The notes under the pieces were generated by a model. The model was not told the origin of the DNA. It did not search any database and worked only from the letters and a program-made list of their open reading frames with translations. From the NCBI GenBank assembly GCA_965248355.1, contig OZ252098.1, positions 4,800,001-4,864,000 on the forward strand: DNA of 64,000 bases, given 5' to 3'. Positions 8,816 through 17,856 of the stretch are shown here, piece after piece (the first letter of the stretch is position 1; every line of letters begins with the position of its first letter). The stretch is from Candidatus Latescibacterota bacterium (lineage in GTDB: Bacteria > Latescibacterota > UBA2968 > UBA8231). A program made the translations under genes and the position numbers.

Positions 8816-9790
8816 ATGGCGAAGACGGTATTCCTCACCGGCGGCGCCGGCCGCATCGGCCGCCGGCTCCTGGCCAAGCTGCTCGACCGCGGCTACCAGG
8901 TGCGCGTCCTGGTCCACAACCACGAGCCCGAGGGCATCAGCAGCGGCGACATGACCCTGGTCCGCGGCGATGTCCGGGACCGCGCCACCTTCGCCGAGGC
9001 CGTGGCCGGCTGCGACTTCGTCTGCCATCTCGCCGCGGTCTTCGAGATGGGCACGGCCGTGGAGGACAGCCTGGAGAACGACCATCTCTTCGACCACCTC
9101 GTGCGCGGCACCTACAACGTGCTGGAGGCCGCGCGACAGGCGGGATCGGTGCGGCTCTTCACCTTCGCCAGCAGCGACGCCGTGTTCTGTGCCATCTACC
9201 GGGAGCACGAGGAGGTCATCACCGAGGAGGTGGAGATCACCCTGCGGCCGGGCCGGTTCTACTCCCTGGCCAAGGCTACCCTGGAGGGCCTGTGCGCGAA
9301 CTACGAGAAGGGCTACGGGCTCCCCTGCGCGATCCACCGCGTCGGCTGGACCCTCGACGAGAGCGACGTCCTGCTCGCCTTCGAGCCCGACTTCTGGGAG
9401 ACCCTGCTGGCGCCCGGGGAGCGGGAGCGCCTCGACGCCCTTCGCGCCGAGGGACCCTGCCTCATGGCCCCCCTCTACGAGGACGGCACCTCGGTGGAGG
9501 TGCAGCTGGCCCACGCCGAGGACATCGCCGACGGCTTCGTCCTGGCCCTGGAGGACCACCAGGCGGCGGCGGGCCAGATCTTCAACATCGCCGGCGTCGC
9601 CCCCTTCCGGTTCCTGGACTGCATCGAGAAGGTGGCCCGGGGACTGGACAGGCCCTGGGCCGGCCTCCGGCTCTCGGGGCTGGGCCGCTACCGCATCAGC
9701 AACGAGAAGGCGGGGCGCCTGCTGGGGTACGCGCCGCGGTACACCATCGACCGGATGATCGACCAGGCCCTGGAGCGGACGGGCGGCTGA
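8816..9790 (+). CDS. NAD-dependent epimerase/dehydratase (extended SDR)
   Basis: TGGAGRIG Rossmann motif, HLAA, YSLAK (YxxxK). Confidence 0.9.
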   Translation: MAKTVFLTGGAGRIGRRLLAKLLDRGYQVRVLVHNHEPEGISSGDMTLVRGDVRDRATFAEAVAGCDFVCHLAAVFEMGTAVEDSLENDHLFDHLVRGTYNVLEAARQAGSVRLFTFASSDAVFCAIYREHEEVITEEVEITLRPGRFYSLAKATLEGLCANYEKGYGLPCAIHRVGWTLDESDVLLAFEPDFWETLLAPGERERLDALRAEGPCLMAPLYEDGTSVEVQLAHAEDIADGFVLALEDHQAAAGQIFNIAGVAPFRFLDCIEKVARGLDRPWAGLRLSGLGRYRISNEKAGRLLGYAPRYTIDRMIDQALERTGG

Positions 9791-10461
9791 TGCGCGTCGC
9801 CCTCGGCGCCCTGATGCACGAGTCCAACACCTTCGCGCCGGGGCGCACGACGCTGGAGGACTTCCGGCGCACCCAGTTCCTCACCGGGGCCGACATCGTC
9901 GAGGCCCACGCCGGAACCGGATCGGAGGTCGGCGGCGCCCTGGAGGAGCTGGCGCGGCGCAGCGTCGAGGTCGTGCCCACCTTTCCCATCCACCCCGTGG
10001 AGGAGGCGGTGCGCATGGGCCGGGCCGTCCCGGGGCGGCCCGTGGTCCTCAACGAGCTGGCCGACTGCACCCTGGGCGGGGCCTCGGGAGACGTGGTCTC
10101 CACGGCCCGCTACCGCGACGTGCACGGCCACACCTCCATCCACTCGGGGTACGAGACGCCGCTGGGCAAGATCGCCGTGGTGGAAGGGCGCGGACTGGCG
10201 ATCGTGCTGATCGAGCGCGCCGGCAAGCTCGGCGGGCCGACCTTCCTCGAGGAGGTGGGCCTCGACCCGGCGGACATGGAGTTCATCGTCGTCAAGGAGG
10301 GGCTCAACCCGCTGGTCACCTACAAGGACGTGGCCGCCTCCATCCTCATGGTGGACAGCCCCGGCTTCGACCGGCAGATCCCGCGCCCGCGGGACTACAG
10401 CCGCCTGCAGCGGCCCGTCTATCCGCTGGACCCGGAGATGTCCTGGGACCCGGAGGCCTGA
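9790..10461 (+). pseudogene. M81/MlrC-family metallopeptidase with two in-frame internal deletions (223 aa)
   Basis: Keeps the HESNTF N-terminus, GGASGD and the RPVYPLD C-terminus but lacks the LHGA/DxH/YPH core present in the 496-aa paralog at 44384-45874. Confidence 0.8.
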
Positions 10462-11612
10462 CCGGCGTACCTCGCGGGGTCCACCCACTGGCTGACGGCC
10501 GTGGAGAGCAGGGCCAGCACCGCGGCGGCGAGGAAGATCACGCGGTGGCCGAAGAAGTGCCAGGCGACCCCGCCGAGGAGCGGCGCCGCCACCGCCGCGA
10601 AGTGGTTCATGGTCACGCCCATGGACAGAGTCGGCTTGAGATCCTCCGCCAGGGCGATCTGGTTGATGTAGGTGGTCAGCGCGATGCCCGACATGAAGAG
10701 GAGGTTGTCCAGGCAGTAGAGGACGTAGAGCGCCGGCCGGTGATCGATGAGGCCGTAGCCGACGAAGACCAGGCTCAGCAGGCCGTAGCCGATGGTGAGC
10801 ATCCAGCGCTCGCCCAGGCGGTCCACGAGGCGGCCGATGGAAGGGGCGGTGAGCGTGACCAGCACCTGGTTGACCAGCACCAGCGCCATGGTCGTCTCCA
10901 CCGGCGTGCCGTGGACCTTGACGAGGGCGAAGACGGCGAAGGTGGTGAAGATCTGCCGCCGGCACCCCTCCAGGAACTGCAGCAGGTAGTAGAGGCCGTA
11001 CCGCCTCTTGAGGACGAAGCCCTTCTCCTCCACGTCGGCGTGGCCCCGCGAGGCGAAAAGCAGGGCCGCTCCCCCGAGGACGGTGGCCACCCCGGCGAGC
11101 AGGTACATGCCCTCGTAGTTCACCAGCTCCAGAAGGACCATGCAGCCGCCGATGGTGACGAGCATGGCGATGCTGTGGACGGCGCGCAGCTGTCCGAGCC
11201 ACCGCCCCTTGCCGCCGGCCGGCGAGAACCGCAGGGCCAGGGTCGCCTCCATGGGCAGCCAGCAGTGGAAGCCGATGCTCCACACCACGGAGTAGAGGGC
11301 CAGGGCCGGCACCGAGCCCACGTCGGCGTAGGCCATCAGGCCGATCCCCATGATCCCGAGGGCCGCGACGGCCACCAGCGACGGGGACATGCGGATCATG
11401 AGGGCCACGAAGAGGGCGTTCAGGAACCCCGGGATCTCGCGCAGGGACTCCACCCAGCCGAGCTCGTGAGGCTCCAGGTCCAGGCGCTCGACGACGAAGT
11501 TGTTGAACAGGGTCAGCTGCACGCCGAAGAACACGCCGACCCCGCCCACGGCCGCGGCCAGCAGGGCGAAGTCCCGGCTCCACTCGGCCGTGGGATTTCG
11601 GAATCTGGGCAA
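10419..11612 (-). CDS. MFS transporter
   Basis: About 12 hydrophobic segments; GRLVDRLGER motif A. Confidence 0.88.
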   Translation of the reverse strand: MPRFRNPTAEWSRDFALLAAAVGGVGVFFGVQLTLFNNFVVERLDLEPHELGWVESLREIPGFLNALFVALMIRMSPSLVAVAALGIMGIGLMAYADVGSVPALALYSVVWSIGFHCWLPMEATLALRFSPAGGKGRWLGQLRAVHSIAMLVTIGGCMVLLELVNYEGMYLLAGVATVLGGAALLFASRGHADVEEKGFVLKRRYGLYYLLQFLEGCRRQIFTTFAVFALVKVHGTPVETTMALVLVNQVLVTLTAPSIGRLVDRLGERWMLTIGYGLLSLVFVGYGLIDHRPALYVLYCLDNLLFMSGIALTTYINQIALAEDLKPTLSMGVTMNHFAAVAAPLLGGVAWHFFGHRVIFLAAAVLALLSTAVSQWVDPARYAGQASGSQDISGSSG

Positions 11613-11617
11613 AAGGC

Positions 11618-13492
11618 TCAGGAACCTCTCCTGAAGGGGTGGTCCTTGATCTCCTCCACCCCCCAGAGATTCCCCGTCAGGTAGTTGTTGATGTTGCCCC
11701 GCTCCCCTCCGACGCCGCCCAGGTGGTAGGCGCCGTCCACGGGGTTGTCCTCGATGTGGCTCACCACGGAGTCCCGCTCACGGAGCAGCGCCTCCAGGTG
11801 GCCGGGGTCCCTCGTGCGGTTCCAGGTCTCCGCCGCCCGCCGGGCGCCCATCAGCCGGTCCCCGTACTCCACCTGCGCCGCCAGGACGTCCAGGCGGATC
11901 CGGACCTCATCCGACTCCTCCGCGTCGCGGCCCTCGCGGATCAGCTCCTTGCCCCGGGCGAGCACCTCCGGCGGCAGGAAGGCCCCGAGGCCCTTCATCA
12001 TGGGCTCGTGCTCCACGAGGGCCTGCTCGAAGGCTTCGTGGAGGGCCTGCACCGGCTCGGCCGCCCCTCCGTAGAGGCTGCGGAAGTAGTCTCCCTGAAG
12101 GGCGTCGAAGTCGACGTCCACGTCCCACATCGTGCGGGACTGCGCCACGTGGTTGAGACCGTAGAAGCCCCACAAGGTGCCCTCGCCCTGGAACTCGGCG
12201 CCCACGAAGCCGCGGCGGTGCAGCCACCGGATGTCCTGGTGAAACCTCCGCCCCGCCGAGAACGGGGCGTGGGCGAAGGTGCTGTGCGGGTTGTACCCGT
12301 AGTAGGCCAGGGGCACACCCAGTTCCGCCCACCCCTCTATGGCCCTCTGAAAGACCCAGTGATTCCCCGCGGGGTCCTCGAGGGGCCGGTTGAAGGAGAC
12401 GAACCCGTGGGGCGAGCAGGCCAGTTTCACCATCACGTTGGGATGCACCGGGACCGTGGGAGGCGGGATCGTCTGGTGGTGCCCCAGGATCTGGAGGAGC
12501 CGGTCGGGCCAGCGCTCGCAGAACCGCTCCGCCACGCGGTTGGCGAAGTCCACCGTGCAGTTGGTGCGGATGATCTGCTCCTGGCCCAGGAAGACCAGCG
12601 AGCCCTGGTCGCACTTGGACAGGCAGACCGGGCACCGGCAGTGGTAGGGGCCGTCGGCGTGGGTGATGCTCACGAAGCCCGAGTCGGGGTGGTCTTCCAT
12701 CCCCTCGAGGGTTCGACCCACGACCAGGTCGACGACCTCCGGATGGGAGGTGCAGAGATGGATGTGGTATGCGTTGGGCCTTCTCTCGAAGAGCCGGCCG
12801 TCGTCGTCCTTCGCGAAGTACTCCGGGTGCGAGTCGTAGTACTCCTCCGGCGGCACCAGCTGGGGCAGGACGTGGGCGTGGTCGAGACAGGCCACGCCGC
12901 CGCGCCGGACGAAGAAGGCGGAGACGGCGGGATCGTCGAAGGGCCAGAAGCCCGCGTTCAGCCGGTTCTTCACGCCCCAGTCCAGCAGTTGCTCCCTCCG
13001 GGGTGAGGAGAAGGGCTGGAAGATGTCCACCTTGCCGAGGCCGGTCATGGCCGAGAACAGGGCCCGCAGGAACCGGAACCGGAAGGACGGGTTGATCACC
13101 TCCGTCCCCCGCGGGACCGCCAGATCCCCGGCCGGCGGCAGGTACTCGTTCTCCGGGCCCGGCCAGTACCACCGCACCCCCAGGCGCTCGATCAGCTCGT
13201 ACGCCGCGTACAGGGTCCCCCGGTCGTTCGCCCCCGCCAGGGCGATCCGGTCCGGCGACGCGCGCAGCACGAACCCGTCGTCCCGCGCCTCGTCCACCGG
13301 CAAGCCGTTGTCCTCCTCCCGGGCGCGGGCGCCCACCAGGATGCGCACCGGCGCTCCGCTCGGCTCCCCGCGGCGCAGCTCGACGGATGCGCCGCCCAGC
13401 TTCCCCAGGTAACTCACCAGCTCCTGGGCCGCCGTCACCTCCACCGCGCATCTCGCCCGGCGGCCGGCGGTCAGCACCACCGGCCTATCCAT
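11618..13492 (-). CDS. DUF4838-like protein with glycoside-hydrolase (GH20/GH67-type) N-terminal domain
   Basis: AAQELVSYLGKL...DDGF...GANDRGTLYAAYELIERLGVRWYWPG, HPEYFA, LCTSHPEV, CRCPVC. Confidence 0.75.
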   Translation of the reverse strand: MDRPVVLTAGRRARCAVEVTAAQELVSYLGKLGGASVELRRGEPSGAPVRILVGARAREEDNGLPVDEARDDGFVLRASPDRIALAGANDRGTLYAAYELIERLGVRWYWPGPENEYLPPAGDLAVPRGTEVINPSFRFRFLRALFSAMTGLGKVDIFQPFSSPRREQLLDWGVKNRLNAGFWPFDDPAVSAFFVRRGGVACLDHAHVLPQLVPPEEYYDSHPEYFAKDDDGRLFERRPNAYHIHLCTSHPEVVDLVVGRTLEGMEDHPDSGFVSITHADGPYHCRCPVCLSKCDQGSLVFLGQEQIIRTNCTVDFANRVAERFCERWPDRLLQILGHHQTIPPPTVPVHPNVMVKLACSPHGFVSFNRPLEDPAGNHWVFQRAIEGWAELGVPLAYYGYNPHSTFAHAPFSAGRRFHQDIRWLHRRGFVGAEFQGEGTLWGFYGLNHVAQSRTMWDVDVDFDALQGDYFRSLYGGAAEPVQALHEAFEQALVEHEPMMKGLGAFLPPEVLARGKELIREGRDAEESDEVRIRLDVLAAQVEYGDRLMGARRAAETWNRTRDPGHLEALLRERDSVVSHIEDNPVDGAYHLGGVGGERGNINNYLTGNLWGVEEIKDHPFRRGS

Positions 13493-13505
13493 CCGTCACC
13501 TCCAC
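13476..13505. repeat. 30-bp direct repeat, copy 1
   Basis: ACCACCGGCCTATCCATCCGTCACCTCCAC; 29/30 identical to 14269-14298. Confidence 0.9.
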
Positions 13506-13519
13506 CTGTGCCTCCTCTC

Positions 13520-14134
13520 CTATGTCGGCGGGTCGTTCATGTCGTTCCACGCGCAATAGCGCCGGTACGCATCTTCGAGCGTCCCCTCGTTCACGAATAC
13601 GATACCCTGTCGCTGGTGCTGGTGCTGAGGCTCGAAATGGCCGAATTCAGGGTCGGAATGAAGGCATCTGACGCATCCGGCCCGGTTGAGAAAGAGCCGC
13701 CGCGCCTGCTGCCAGGCATACCCGAGCACATAACGCTCGTCTCTTGAGACCACGAAAAGGGCTGGAGCCGCCAATCGGCGCCTCGCTCCCTTCTTCATCG
13801 GCAGCTCTTCACCCACCCAGGCATACACCAACCTGCGACGCGAAGGGAACACGAGCTCGGCACTGGCGACGAATCCCTCGTCGCTGACCAGATAAGTCCG
13901 GGTATCCTCTTCGTCCAGGTAGTCCGGTGCCGCGGGACGCTGGAGGCAGATGCTGGTTTGCAGGCGCGACCATGCTATCGGACCGACATTGGTGATTCTC
14001 AGGGTGAGGTCGATATCGGTTTCCCGCCACCGGGCGCTGCAGGCGACAAGGGCAAGTCCGTCGACCGTATCGACGCTTTCGAGGACTTTGCGGATCGCCC
14101 GTCCGCTCTTCATGTCGCCCATCGACTCGTTCAC
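13520..14134 (-). CDS. Hypothetical protein (AT-richer, probably 5'-truncated or frameshifted)
   Basis: 204-aa ORF (CLHSDPEFG...GTLEDA) with weaker GC3; a protein-like stretch (LLRLWFPESI) lies upstream in another frame. Confidence 0.6.
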   Translation of the reverse strand: MNESMGDMKSGRAIRKVLESVDTVDGLALVACSARWRETDIDLTLRITNVGPIAWSRLQTSICLQRPAAPDYLDEEDTRTYLVSDEGFVASAELVFPSRRRLVYAWVGEELPMKKGARRRLAAPALFVVSRDERYVLGYAWQQARRLFLNRAGCVRCLHSDPEFGHFEPQHQHQRQGIVFVNEGTLEDAYRRYCAWNDMNDPPT

Positions 14135-14268
14135 GTAACGCCACGAAGCACATTGTCGTTGGAGTCATGGGCCATGATCGACTCGGGAAACCACAGGCGC
14201 AGCAGGTTTGCGGGCGCCCTGCTTTCGGGAGCGTTTCTGGGCTCGTTCAGCCAGATATCGAGACACGA

Positions 14269-14298
14269 ACCACCGGCCTATCCATCGGTCACCTCCAC
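14269..14298. repeat. 30-bp direct repeat, copy 2
   Basis: ACCACCGGCCTATCCATCGGTCACCTCCAC; spans the stop of the 14278-15564 gene. Confidence 0.9.
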
Positions 14299-15564
14299 GT
14301 CCCAGGTGTACTCCGCCGCACCGTTGGCGTTCTCCACGCGGCAGGTGACCCGATGCCGGCCGGCCGTCTCGGCCGCGAAGCGCAGGGATCCCGCTTCCCC
14401 CGGTATCGCCTTGCCGTCCGCGGACCAGGAGAACCGCAGATCCGGATCCTCGGCCTCGGTGACGGACAGTTCCGCGCAGCCGATGTGGCGATACACCCCG
14501 TCCGGGTCGCGCTGAGGGGAGCCGTCCGGAGCGGTCCATTCATCATCGAGGTCGCGGGCGGAGTAGTACATCACGTAGCGGCCCGGCTGCTTCACCACAT
14601 GGGGGGTGGAGGTGTAGCGCGCGTCGAAGGCATCCCTGTCGGCGTTGGGCGGGAAGATGGGCATGTCGTTCTGGTAGTACCAGGTGCGCCCGTCGCGGGT
14701 GCGCCCGAAGGAGATGTCGAAGAACCCGCCCGCCCGATGGCCGCCGAACCACATGGCCAGCTCGCCCCGGTCGCGCATCACGAAGGGATAGACGCAGGAG
14801 CGGTAGATGCCGCCGTAGCGGACCGCGTCCTCCTCTTGCTCCCAACGCAGACCGTCGGCGGAGCGGAGCGAGGCGATGTTGAGGGTCATCTTCAGATCGG
14901 GATCCTCCCTCGATGGCGCGTTCACCCACATGCGCCAGATCCCGTCGTCCAGCTTCAACACGCAGGGACGTCTCCCCGTCCTCAATACCGGCTCCGCGTG
15001 GAAGGTCCACGAGATCCCGTCCGGGCTCTCGCCGTACCCGACCCGCTGGTTCAGGTACGGGGCGCCTTCCGCGTCCGCCTCGTCCACGGCCGTGAACCAC
15101 ATCTTGTAGATCCTGTCCTGCAGGTCGTAGAGGACATGGGGCGCCTGGAACCTGCGCCCCCAGGGAATGCCGTCGTCGGTGACGATGGGGTTGTGTGGGT
15201 ACTCCTCCCAGCGCAACCCATCCTTCGACACCGCATACCCCAGATGGATGTAGAAAGGCGAGCGGGCGTGATCGGAACTCCCCACGTACCACATCTTGAA
15301 GATGCCGTCGGCCCGGACCACGCTGGGCATGTAGAGGATCACGCGGCACCAGTCCTGGCTCGTGGCGGCGGCCGAGAGGATCGGCCCGGGCAGGCGCCGC
15401 CACTGTTGCTTCCCGGGCAGATGCTGACAAGGCTCGAGCTCGACACGCAGCGCCACGGCTTCGCGGACTCGTGCGGATACCCTCGGTCCGGTGGGATCGA
15501 CCCCGCAGATGCGGGGCACGTGCCACGGCTCGACCGGCGGCGGGGAAGCCCCGTCAGCCGGCAA
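14278..15564 (-). CDS. Five-bladed beta-propeller glycosidase-like protein (GH32/43/130-like) with C-terminal Ig-like segment
   Basis: Repeated FKMWY...GYAVSKDGLRW, GYGESPDGISW, SADGLRW and TRDGRTW blades; start uncertain. Confidence 0.7.
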   Translation of the reverse strand: MPADGASPPPVEPWHVPRICGVDPTGPRVSARVREAVALRVELEPCQHLPGKQQWRRLPGPILSAAATSQDWCRVILYMPSVVRADGIFKMWYVGSSDHARSPFYIHLGYAVSKDGLRWEEYPHNPIVTDDGIPWGRRFQAPHVLYDLQDRIYKMWFTAVDEADAEGAPYLNQRVGYGESPDGISWTFHAEPVLRTGRRPCVLKLDDGIWRMWVNAPSREDPDLKMTLNIASLRSADGLRWEQEEDAVRYGGIYRSCVYPFVMRDRGELAMWFGGHRAGGFFDISFGRTRDGRTWYYQNDMPIFPPNADRDAFDARYTSTPHVVKQPGRYVMYYSARDLDDEWTAPDGSPQRDPDGVYRHIGCAELSVTEAEDPDLRFSWSADGKAIPGEAGSLRFAAETAGRHRVTCRVENANGAAEYTWDVEVTDG

Positions 15565-16345
15565 GGGCGGCGGCCTGTTGGCCCAGCTCGATCAGGTCCT
15601 CCGTGATCGGCCGCAGGCGGGGCCGGGCCAGGAGGGCCGGATCGACGTCGAAGGCACGGGCCGCGTAGTGCTGCATGGATCGCAGCTTGGCCTCGGTGTC
15701 GGGGCGGGTGACGAACTTGAAGGCGATGTAGCGGCGCTTGGGGAACTTGCCGTACGCGGCGTGGAAGAGGCTGTGATGGAAGAAGACCACGTCGCCGGGC
15801 ATCGTCTCCAGGGGGCAGCAAGGCATCTCCTCCCCCCGGGCCCCGAAACTGTCGCCCACGGTGCCGTCCTTGAAGTGGTTGGCCTGCAAAGGCCACAGCC
15901 ACTCGTGGAAGGGCATGCGGTGGGAGCCGGGGATCACCCGCAGCGCGCCCTGGTCCCTGGTGGTGGGCGCCAGGTAGACCATCACCTTGAGCCGCCGGTA
16001 CTCGGTCTCGGCGGCCCCCGGCCGGTCCGCGTGCCAGTTGTGCTCCCCATCGGTGCGTCCGTCCTTGTGGCCCTCCGATCCCGACCACAGGAAACCGGGT
16101 CCCAGGAGGTCGGAGGCCACGCCGAAGATGCGGTCGTCCTCGGCCAGATCCAGCAGCCGGGGGCTGCGCTCGACAAAGGGGGCCAGGCCCTGGTGCCGGC
16201 CGTCGTCGGGTTGCCCGCCCCGGTCCTCGCGCCACAGCTCGTCCGCGGCTTCGGTGATCTCGGCCATCTCCGCCGCGGAGAAGGCCTGCCGCAGGCAGAG
16301 GAAGCCGAAGACGTCAAAGTGCTCCTGTTGCTTCGGTGTCAGCAT
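15554..16345 (-). CDS. Phytanoyl-CoA dioxygenase (PhyH) family Fe/2OG oxygenase
   Basis: WHAD, GALRVIPGSH, PGDVVFFHHSLFHA; GGAGG RBS. Confidence 0.9.
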   Translation of the reverse strand: MLTPKQQEHFDVFGFLCLRQAFSAAEMAEITEAADELWREDRGGQPDDGRHQGLAPFVERSPRLLDLAEDDRIFGVASDLLGPGFLWSGSEGHKDGRTDGEHNWHADRPGAAETEYRRLKVMVYLAPTTRDQGALRVIPGSHRMPFHEWLWPLQANHFKDGTVGDSFGARGEEMPCCPLETMPGDVVFFHHSLFHAAYGKFPKRRYIAFKFVTRPDTEAKLRSMQHYAARAFDVDPALLARPRLRPITEDLIELGQQAAALAG

Positions 16346-16462
16346 GGGAGTACTCCTCCTGTATCGACGGGCAGGATCGGCAAGGTAGAGCAAAGCCCCT
16401 CCCCGGCCAACCGGCGGCGTTTCCCCGTCCATCCCACCGACGCCGAGCGCTTCTACTTGGCT

Positions 16463-17839
16463 CTATGTGCCGGAGTGGTTCCCCCGTTCCTTGACCGCAT
16501 CGCCGATTTCCTGAAGAGCGCTCTCCAGCCGGGTCAGGCGCTCGTTGGTGTCCTTGATCTCCTGTTGAATCTTCGTGACGACCCCCACCTGCTCCTCGAG
16601 CTCCTCGGCCTTCAGAGAGTCCTCGTCGCTCACCAGGATGCTGGTCAGGGTCGCGGTGAAGACGCCCACCAGGACCATCCCCGTAATCACCAGGAAGACG
16701 GTGAGGATCCTTCCGGAAGCGGTCTCGGGATTGTGGATGTCGGCGTAGCCGCCGGTGACCAGGGTCGTGAAGCTCCACCAGAGGCTCGCCCAGAACCCGG
16801 AGCCGGACTCCATGCGCTCCAGGCCCATGAAGATGCAGGCGCCGAAGACGAGGGACAGCAGGCCGTAGAGCAGCGACCGCTTGAGGAGCCTCACGTCGAG
16901 CGTGGTGCTCAGGTGGTCCATGCCCCGCCAGAAGAACAGGGCGATGCGGAACAGTCGCAGGGCCCGCAGGATTCGCACCGCCCGGAGCAGGCGCCCCAGG
17001 CGAACGATGCCCATGTCCCCGGAAACGGCCATGATCTGCACCGGGGGCAGGGGAATGGAGGTGATGAAGTCGATCCAGTTGTGCTTCCAGTACCAACTCT
17101 TGGAGTCGGCCAGTCTGTGCTCGAAGACGAAGTTGGCCATGAAGAGGGTGCAGCAGATGACGTCGATGATCCAGAAGACCCACAACTTGCCCACGGAGAA
17201 ATGGGGGAAAACCTCCACCACGGGAGCGACGTAGTTCTCGCCGCTGTGGATGAGGTCGACCTGCGACAGCTTGCCTGCCACCACCTCTCCGGAAGCGAGG
17301 GCGCCCGATCCATGCGCATCCTCTATGTTCAGGTTCACCCGCTCATACCCTTCTCCGCCGTCCACAATGCTTATCCGAGCGATCTTCCCCTCCACCACAT
17401 CGGCCCTGGCCGCGCCGCCGCCTCCCGCGGCCCCCAGGCCCAGCAAGTCGACCACGAGGATGGTCACGAGGAAGAGAATGAGGACGAAGATCACCAGGTC
17501 CTTGACTCTCACTCTCGCGGCGCTGCCCAGTACCCGGGCCTGCTCGTCGAAGAGGTGCCTCTTCTGCCGCGCCTGCTCGAGGAGCCGGGCCTTGTCCAGC
17601 AGTTTCTCTTTGGCGGTGTTCAGCTTGACGATCTGCGATTCGGCCTTGTCCAGGCCCAGTTCGTATTGGCCGTGCCTCTTGCTCAGACTGACCGTTTCCA
17701 CCGTCGCGGTCATTTCGTCGAGCTCGGCTTCCACATCGGTCAGTTGACGGTCGATCCGCTCGATCTCCTGCACGACCAGGTCCTTCATCCTGGTGATGCG
17801 TTCGAGAGAGCAGGATTCCAGCCGCCTTGATATCGACAT
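16463..17839 (-). CDS. 6-TM voltage-gated K+-channel-like ion transporter with atypical filter, 458 aa
   Basis: S3 NWIDFITSIP, S4 RLGRLLRAVRILRALRLFR, pore LWWSFTTLVTGGYAD, S6; coiled-coil-like N- and C-termini. Confidence 0.85.
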   Translation of the reverse strand: MSISRRLESCSLERITRMKDLVVQEIERIDRQLTDVEAELDEMTATVETVSLSKRHGQYELGLDKAESQIVKLNTAKEKLLDKARLLEQARQKRHLFDEQARVLGSAARVRVKDLVIFVLILFLVTILVVDLLGLGAAGGGGAARADVVEGKIARISIVDGGEGYERVNLNIEDAHGSGALASGEVVAGKLSQVDLIHSGENYVAPVVEVFPHFSVGKLWVFWIIDVICCTLFMANFVFEHRLADSKSWYWKHNWIDFITSIPLPPVQIMAVSGDMGIVRLGRLLRAVRILRALRLFRIALFFWRGMDHLSTTLDVRLLKRSLLYGLLSLVFGACIFMGLERMESGSGFWASLWWSFTTLVTGGYADIHNPETASGRILTVFLVITGMVLVGVFTATLTSILVSDEDSLKAEELEEQVGVVTKIQQEIKDTNERLTRLESALQEIGDAVKERGNHSGT

Positions 17840-17856
17840 CGCGAGTCGTCCTTGCT

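Noticed and set aside
7637..9790. Ansamycin or aminoglycoside biosynthetic gene cluster
   Set aside because: No PKS, kinase, cyclase or glycosyltransferase partners in the window
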